Source: Gemmatimonadales bacterium (GTDB lineage Bacteria; Gemmatimonadota; Gemmatimonadetes; Gemmatimonadales; GWC2-71-9). Taken from it: a stretch of 64,000 nt of DNA. Shown here in pieces: positions 58,187 through 64,000 of the stretch. The translations under genes and the position numbers were made by a program. Each line of letters begins with the position of its first letter. Position 1 is the first letter of the stretch. The notes beneath the pieces were generated by a model that did no database searches, was not told the origin of the DNA, and saw nothing but the letters and a program-made list of their open reading frames with translations. The stretch lies in assembly GCA_039794085.1 (NCBI GenBank), contig JBDIWC010000020.1, positions 1 to 64,000 on the forward strand. Reading direction: 5' to 3'.

Positions 58187-60562
58187 TTACCGGGGGAGCA
58201 GGTGACGATCGAACAGATCGAGGATTCGTCGGTACTCATCCGTCCAGGAATCGGGACGCACGAACCCGTGGTCTTCGACCGGGTACACCGCCAGTTCCCA
58301 GTCCGTCTTCCCCAGCTCGATGAGCCGCTGGGTCAGACGCACGATGTCCTGGAAGTGCACATTCACATCCACCATCCCATGGGCCATCAGCAAGGGGTCC
58401 TCCAGCCCCTCGGCGAACCAGATGGGAGACGACCGGCGATACGCGGTGGAATCGGCCTGCGGCTCGTTCAGGATGTTGGCGGTGTAGGGATGGTTGTAGT
58501 GGGCCCAGTCGGTCACCGACCGGAGCGCCGCCCCCGCCCCGAACGACGAGGGTTCGGTGAAGAGCGCCATCAGGGTGATGAAGCCCCCATAGCTTCCGCC
58601 GTAGATCCCCACCCGGTCGGCGGGGATCCCGAACTCGCGCTGGAGATACCGTGCCCCATCCACCTGGTCCTGCAGGTCGCGGCCTCCCATGTGACGGTAG
58701 ATCGCCGTGCGCCACTCCCGGCCATACCCCGCCGACCCTCGATAATCGATGTCCAGCACCACATACCCGCGGGACGCGAGCAGGTGATGGAACATGTACT
58801 CCCGGTAGTAGCTCGACCACCAGCGGTGCACATTGTGCAGGTATCCCGCGCCGTGCACGAAGATCACCGCGGCCCCATTGCCGGGAGCACCCACGTCCGA
58901 GGGCCGGTAGATCCGGGCCGGAACCGCCACCCCGTCCGACGCCGGGATGGTCACGATCTCGGGCTCGATCCAATCGTAGGCGAGCCAGGCCTCCGTGGGC
59001 GACGTCGTGAGCCGCGCCGCCTCGGCCCCCGCGGCGGCCCGCTGCAGAAAGAGCTCGCCCGGCCGGTTGGCGCGGGAATACACATCCGCGAGCCACCGGC
59101 CGTCAGGGGACCAGACCACGCTGTGACCGCCCGCGGAGGTGGTCAGGCGCTGGCCGCTCCTCCCCTCCTCCACCGGAAGCAGCCAGGCGTGCCGCTCATA
59201 CACCGACCCCTCGGAGGTATGCAGCGCGAAATGTGTCCGCGCCGGGGTGAGTTCCGCGCTCAGAACCTCCCAGTCGCCCCGGGTGCGCTGCACCCGCCGG
59301 GTTCCGTCCGCGGCCACGGTGTACAGATGCGCCCAGCCATCGGCCTCGGACACGAACCAGATCCCGGCCTCGCCGGGGAGCCACCCGCCGCAGAACACGC
59401 AGGGTCCTCCGACCCAGGCGGAATCGGTCAGCTCGTCGACCACGCTCAGCACCGCCGGCGACCCGGCCTGCAACCGGTGCAGACGGCGCGTGGTCCGGTC
59501 CGCCGACACGGTGCGCAGCAGGGCCTCGGTGCCGGCATCATTCCACCCGGCCGAACCCAGCGCGGCGTAGTGGCCGGCGGAATCCCCGGGAATGGGATGG
59601 AGCCACTCCACCGTCCCGGTCGCCGTCTCGACGAGGCCCACCCGCTGGGTGGCCTGGGCATCCCCCACCTTGGGCCGGGCCGGGAGGGATCCGGTGTAGC
59701 CGGTGTCGGTCACGTAGTTGGGCACCATGGTCCCCGGGGATCCCACCGGGGGCCGGGTCGTGATCACCACCGCCCACCTACCGTCCGGCGAGGGGTCGAA
59801 CCGGACGACCCGCTCCCGGGGCTCGAGCCACACCGGACGGGGGGGGCGGCGGGCCTGGCGGGCCTCGCGGAGATCTTTCGCGAGACTGTCCCGGATCTTC
59901 CGTTCCCGCACGGCGGCCAGGAGGCGGATCTCATCCCGCACCAGGGCCCCCCTCTGCCCGGTCGCCTCCTTCGGGTCGGGCGGCGCGGGTCCCGCCCGCA
60001 GGTCCGTGAGCTGGGTCGTGGCCCCATCCCCGAGCGAGAGCCGGAAGAGATTGCCCGACTCCTGGAAGAACACCGCGTCACCCTCCGGGGTGATCCCCAG
60101 CGCGGTTTCCGGTGCCGTCGTGGCGGTCAACCGGCGGATAGTCCCTCCCGGGAGCGCCACGAGATGGAGATCCCCCTCCACCGACACCACCTTCCGGGTT
60201 CGCCGACGGTCGGTGAACCCCTCGGCGAGGGCCGGCTCCAGCGAGTCCGACTCCGCCCGGGCAAGCTCCTCGGGGACCGCGCCGGCCCGGGCCCGAACCC
60301 GGTAGGGACGGAGGGGGACATCCCACGCCGTGCCCGGGGGAACCCACTCGAAGTGGATCCAGGCACCATCGGGCGACCACCTCACGTTGGACGGCTCTCG
60401 TCCCACCAGTTCGGGACCGCGCATGATCCCGGCCACGGTCAGGTCCAGGCGGGGGGCCACGGCGGGAGCCTGCGCGGCCAGTCCCGGGCCGAGGGCCGCC
60501 GGCAGGAGAAGAAGGGTGACGACCAGGTATCGCGGGCGTGCGAGGGAAAGGGGACGGGTCAT
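58187..60562 (-). CDS. Secreted S9 family (DPP IV-like) serine peptidase
   Basis: Signal peptide, beta-propeller, GGSYGG, HGMVD, EDHG catalytic triad. Confidence 0.93.
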   Translation of the reverse strand: MTRPLSLARPRYLVVTLLLLPAALGPGLAAQAPAVAPRLDLTVAGIMRGPELVGREPSNVRWSPDGAWIHFEWVPPGTAWDVPLRPYRVRARAGAVPEELARAESDSLEPALAEGFTDRRRTRKVVSVEGDLHLVALPGGTIRRLTATTAPETALGITPEGDAVFFQESGNLFRLSLGDGATTQLTDLRAGPAPPDPKEATGQRGALVRDEIRLLAAVRERKIRDSLAKDLREARQARRPPRPVWLEPRERVVRFDPSPDGRWAVVITTRPPVGSPGTMVPNYVTDTGYTGSLPARPKVGDAQATQRVGLVETATGTVEWLHPIPGDSAGHYAALGSAGWNDAGTEALLRTVSADRTTRRLHRLQAGSPAVLSVVDELTDSAWVGGPCVFCGGWLPGEAGIWFVSEADGWAHLYTVAADGTRRVQRTRGDWEVLSAELTPARTHFALHTSEGSVYERHAWLLPVEEGRSGQRLTTSAGGHSVVWSPDGRWLADVYSRANRPGELFLQRAAAGAEAARLTTSPTEAWLAYDWIEPEIVTIPASDGVAVPARIYRPSDVGAPGNGAAVIFVHGAGYLHNVHRWWSSYYREYMFHHLLASRGYVVLDIDYRGSAGYGREWRTAIYRHMGGRDLQDQVDGARYLQREFGIPADRVGIYGGSYGGFITLMALFTEPSSFGAGAALRSVTDWAHYNHPYTANILNEPQADSTAYRRSSPIWFAEGLEDPLLMAHGMVDVNVHFQDIVRLTQRLIELGKTDWELAVYPVEDHGFVRPDSWTDEYRRILDLFDRHLLPR

Positions 60563-61212
60563 GGGGAGAGTCGCTCCAGGGTCCAGTGGGTGCCGTCGAC
60601 GCGGCGGTATCGGATGCGGTCGTGCAGGCGGCCCTCCCGGCCCTGCCAGAACTCGAGCGTGTCCGGGGTGAGACGGAACCCGCCCCAGTGCGGCGGCCGG
60701 GGAACCTCCCGGCCGGCAAACCGCTCCGTGGCGGACCGCACCCGGTCCTCGAGGGTCGCCCGATCCGGGAGCACGGTGCTCTGCTCTGAGGACCAGGCAC
60801 CCACCTGACTCTCCCGGGGCCGGGTGGCGAAATAGGCGTCACTCTCGGAGGGCGCGATCCGGGCCACCCTCCCCCGGACGCGCACCTGCCGGCTGAGCGC
60901 CGGCCAGTGGAAGCAGAGAGTCGCCACCGGATGGGCCCCGAGATCCCGCGCCTTGGCACTCCGGTAATCGGTGAAGAAAACGAACCCCTCGGGGTCGAGC
61001 CCCTTGAGCAGCACCACGCGGGCATCGGGGAGACCATTCTCGTCCACCGTGGCCAGCACACAGGCGTTGGCATCGAGCTCGGAGGTCGCCGCCACGTCGC
61101 CGTACCAGCGCGCGAACTGAACCCGCGGGTCCGGTGCCACTGTGCCCTCGTCGAGCGTCCCGCCGCTGTATTCCCGGCGCTGGCCCGCCAGGTTGAGATC
61201 CGGTTCCGTCAT
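60559..61212 (-). CDS. pdxH: Pyridoxamine 5'-phosphate oxidase
   Basis: ARVVLLK, RQVRVRG, EFWQGREGRLHDR. Confidence 0.96.
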   Translation of the reverse strand: MTEPDLNLAGQRREYSGGTLDEGTVAPDPRVQFARWYGDVAATSELDANACVLATVDENGLPDARVVLLKGLDPEGFVFFTDYRSAKARDLGAHPVATLCFHWPALSRQVRVRGRVARIAPSESDAYFATRPRESQVGAWSSEQSTVLPDRATLEDRVRSATERFAGREVPRPPHWGGFRLTPDTLEFWQGREGRLHDRIRYRRVDGTHWTLERLSP

Positions 61213-62558
61213 GCCGTGCTCTCCTGAGTGTCATCCATTCCGATGGGCGCCGGCAGCACCGTCCCGACGCAGCTCCCGAACCCGATCCGGATCGCTCCTC
61301 CCCTCCCCCTCGCCGTTTCGCACCAGGCCCGCATCGTCACCCGGTCCCCGTCCTCCAGAAAGGTACGCTGCTCCCCACCGGGCAACATCAACGGTTCGCT
61401 GCCGCGCCAGGTGCGCTCGAGCAGACAGCCCCGGCTCTCCGGCTCCGGGCCCGACACCGTGCCACTCGCCAGGAGATCCCCGGGTCGAAGATTGCATCCG
61501 TTGCTCGCGTGGTGCGCCACCATCTGGGCCAGAGTCCACGCCATCTCCCGGAATGACCCGAGACTCACCCGGAAGGCGGGATGTCCCGCCTCCCGCATCC
61601 CGGCCGTGTCGAGCAGCACCTCGAGAGTGAGGTCGAACCCGCCGGCAACCTGGTCGGACGGATCCACCAGGTGTGGCAGCAGGGGCGGGTCGTCCGGGGC
61701 CCGCGCCGCCACCGGAATGCGCCACGGAGCCAGGGCCTCGGTGGTGACGATCCAGGGGGAGAGGGTGGTCGCGAAGCTCTTGGCCAGGAACGGACCGAGC
61801 GGCTGGTACTCCCACTTCTGGATGTCCCGTGCGGACCAGTCGTTCACCAGGCAGAGCCCGAAGATGCGCTCTCCCGCCCGGGCGATCGGAACCGGCGTCC
61901 CCAGCGGGTTGGCCCCGCCGAGGAGCGCTCCCACCTCACACTCATAGTCCAGCAGGCGGCTCGGACCAAACACCGGCGCCCCCGGCGAGTCCTCCCTCTG
62001 ACCCGACGGTCGCCGCACCGATGTTCCGCTCGGCACCAGCGAGCTGGCCCGCCCATGATATCCGACCGGCAGGTGAAGCCAGTTGGGGAGGAGGGGCGCG
62101 TCCGGGCGGAACATCCGGCCGACGTTCGTGGCATGGTGGCGGGAGGCGTAGAAGTCGGTGTAGTCGCCGATGGTGCACGGGAGAGCGGGAGTGACCTCCT
62201 CCAGGCGAAGCAATGCTCCGTCAGGCACCCCGGGATTCTCCGGCGCCGCCAGCAGGTCGAAGAGCGCGCGCCGGATCCGGGACCACGCGGCGGGATCGGC
62301 GGCCAGCAGAGGGTCGAGCCGCGCGGCGAGGAGCAGACGCCGGTCATCCTCGGGGAGGTCGAGAATCGGAGCCACCGTCGCCACATCGAGCACCAGGTCG
62401 CCGATCGCGACTCCGAGGCGCTCGGGCTCCCCCGGCCCGGACCGCACCACTCCCCAGGGAAGGTTCTGCACCGGGAAGTCGTGGTCCGGACGGTTGGCCG
62501 AGGGGATCCAGGACCGGCGGGTGGGGTCGTGGGTGGTATTCAGGACGGGAAGGGTCAT
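61209..62558 (-). CDS. fahA: Fumarylacetoacetase
   Basis: FPVQNLPWG, YTDFY, YHGRASS, LDYECE, NDWSARDIQKWE, SGTVSG. Confidence 0.96.
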   Translation of the reverse strand: MTLPVLNTTHDPTRRSWIPSANRPDHDFPVQNLPWGVVRSGPGEPERLGVAIGDLVLDVATVAPILDLPEDDRRLLLAARLDPLLAADPAAWSRIRRALFDLLAAPENPGVPDGALLRLEEVTPALPCTIGDYTDFYASRHHATNVGRMFRPDAPLLPNWLHLPVGYHGRASSLVPSGTSVRRPSGQREDSPGAPVFGPSRLLDYECEVGALLGGANPLGTPVPIARAGERIFGLCLVNDWSARDIQKWEYQPLGPFLAKSFATTLSPWIVTTEALAPWRIPVAARAPDDPPLLPHLVDPSDQVAGGFDLTLEVLLDTAGMREAGHPAFRVSLGSFREMAWTLAQMVAHHASNGCNLRPGDLLASGTVSGPEPESRGCLLERTWRGSEPLMLPGGEQRTFLEDGDRVTMRAWCETARGRGGAIRIGFGSCVGTVLPAPIGMDDTQESTA

Positions 62559-63436
62559 CGGGCAAGCTCCGCGAGCGCCTCGACGGGCTCGAGAAAGGAA
62601 CACGATCCGAAGGAGTGCAGACTGAGGTCGCGGGCCCGGCTCAATGCCGTGGCTTCGAGCCGCCGCCCGCCCCAGGCGAGGTGGGGTCCATCGATCTGGA
62701 AGGCCACCGGGTCGGTCTCCTCCAGGGCCTCACGCACGGTGGCGTCGGTGGCCCCTTCGTGCAGCAGGGCCGTCGCGGTGATCAGATTGAGAAATCCGTG
62801 CATCACGGCGGTCGGGGCATCCGGGGCATAGGTCAGGGGATACCTCCCCCGCACCGGGTGGTGAAGCCCCGCCGTGGCCTTGAACGGAACACCCCGGGTC
62901 ACGGCGGCCCGGAGAAACCGGAGAACCAGGGAGGAATCAGGGATGCCCTCCGCCACCACCGACCCGGTGCGGATCTTGGGCCATGCTCCAGCCCGCTGGA
63001 TCGCCGGGAGCCATTCGTCCGGGACCTCGCCGAGGGGGACCTCAACGTACCGGAAGGAGGCATTGGGGAGCCAACCCAGAGTCTCCTCGACCTGTCCCGG
63101 CGTGGCCGACGCGCACTCGATGGTGTCGATCTCGACCCGGCCCGCCAGATCGGCGCGGAGCGCCTCGATCACGGCGCTGCTCTCAGTTCCCCCCGGACCG
63201 GCCACGATACCCAGATGCCACGGGCCGGACTCGGGAGAGGGGGGCACGGATGCGAGGGCGGTACGAAACGCATCCGCGTGGGAACACCCCAGGATGAAGC
63301 GCCCCAGCATCCAGGAATCGGGTCCCCGGCGGTAGCGGTGGTAGTTCTCGACGGCCTCCGCCATGGGGAGCGTCGCGGGGGGGAAGAGCCCGGCATAGTC
63401 GATGAGAGAGGAGAGAAACGCGGCGGAGGGCGTCAT
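62555..63436 (-). CDS. Conserved hypothetical protein coupled to fahA
   Basis: IDYAGLFPPA, KIRTG, FKATAGLHHP, MHGFLN, FGSCSF blocks; ATGA overlap with fahA. Confidence 0.8.
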   Translation of the reverse strand: MTPSAAFLSSLIDYAGLFPPATLPMAEAVENYHRYRRGPDSWMLGRFILGCSHADAFRTALASVPPSPESGPWHLGIVAGPGGTESSAVIEALRADLAGRVEIDTIECASATPGQVEETLGWLPNASFRYVEVPLGEVPDEWLPAIQRAGAWPKIRTGSVVAEGIPDSSLVLRFLRAAVTRGVPFKATAGLHHPVRGRYPLTYAPDAPTAVMHGFLNLITATALLHEGATDATVREALEETDPVAFQIDGPHLAWGGRRLEATALSRARDLSLHSFGSCSFLEPVEALAELAR

Positions 63437-63443
63437 AAGGCCA

Positions 63444-63472
63444 AGTATCTCTCCCCCCCGCCCTGGCGGCAA
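63444..63472 (-). promoter_or_regulatory. Putative promoter, near-leaderless
   Basis: TTGCCG-N17-GATACT, 7 nt before ATG. Confidence 0.4.
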
Positions 63473-63552
63473 CCCACCCGCGGAGGAGCGGGGTCTGGGA
63501 GTGCTGGCAGAACGTCCGGCCCTTTGCCGTGGCGATGCCCTGCCCGGGATTC

Positions 63553-63596
63553 GTCATCGCGAGGACCCCGGAGGGGTCCGTGGCGATCTCGTGAGC
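63553..63596. repeat. Third copy of the REP-like unit GTCATCGCGAGG-hairpin-CCGTGGCGATCTCGTGAGC
   Basis: Flanks identical to the reverse complement of 4229-4271. Confidence 0.85.
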
Positions 63597-63849
63597 AGAT
63601 GCCGGCGAGGTGAGCGATGGCTGGCCTTCATGCCGGATCCCCGGGGCTTTCGCCCCGGGCTCGGCCATGCGGCCGTTCGCACGGCCGGGTGTCCTTCGCG
63701 GTTCCGCGTGGGGCGACCACTGGGTGACTGCCCTTCAGGGCAGGTCACGTGCGCGTGCATCGCGTTGGCTTCAGCCACCGTGAACGCGCGAAGGCACCAG
63801 CCCCTCCTCTCACTCCTCACTTCTCGTTTCCCGGGGGTAAGGGCCCTTC

Positions 63850-63898
63850 TCTCTCCTCTCTCCTCTCTCCTCTCTCCTCTCTCCTCTCCCCTCACTTC
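63850..63898. repeat. Heptamer tandem repeat TCTCTCC x5 plus two variants
   Basis: Read directly; related units at 63810-63830. Confidence 0.9.
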
Positions 63899-63899
63899 A

Positions 63900-64000
63900 C
63901 TACCTCGTCCAGATCGCCAGTACTCCGCAGGCCGAACCGGTCGCGTTGAGTTCCGGCGGGATCTCCGCAGCCGACCGATAGAACTCCATCGCCGCGATCT
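63900..64000 (-). CDS. Partial CDS (3' end) ending in a TonB-receptor plug-like domain
   Basis: Manual translation IAAMEFYRSAAEIPPELNATGSACGVLAIWTR* resembles the plug-domain C-terminus. Confidence 0.65.
   Translation of the reverse strand, partial: IAAMEFYRSAAEIPPELNATGSACGVLAIWTR

Noticed and set aside
63554..63895. 113-aa minus-strand ORF starting MRGEERGERREER
   Set aside because: Translation of the heptamer repeat and hairpin DNA

Overview
GC-rich bacterial chromosome segment in which every supportable gene (about 57 CDS and 2 tRNAs) lies on the minus strand, mostly coupled by overlapping stop/start codons. Gene content (DivIVA, F1-type Che genes, MglAB, plug-domain and LVIVD proteins) suggests Gemmatimonadota or a related FCB-group diderm; this is inference. 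In transcription order (right to left): partial plug-domain protein; hypothetical-fahA-pdxH-S9 peptidase; tilS-hpt-ftsH-folP; yggS-divIVA-PNP-ileS-dksA-like-lspA-rluD; a 16-gene signalling cluster; a gluzincin peptidase, DUF3098-like gene, tRNA-Val, TPR protein, tRNA-Asp; a dcw cluster without mraZ (rsmH to ftsZ); M23 peptidase, hisA, vWA protein, ftsY, recG; and a hypothetical/multicopper oxidase/LVIVD trio. The best candidate for an undescribed system is the signalling cluster at 29718-45924. There an MglA GTPase, three Roadblock domains, two DUF4388-MshEN-TPR proteins (putative c-di-GMP receptors) and a protein of two tandem DnaA-like AAA+ modules with no DNA-binding domain sit in the middle of a receptor-less cheWYAC/cheRDB operon. 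Other points: an IleRS2 with a GIHH signature, REP-like palindromes, heptamer arrays, and apparently leaderless promoters. Many start codons were re-chosen by eye from the ORF track.
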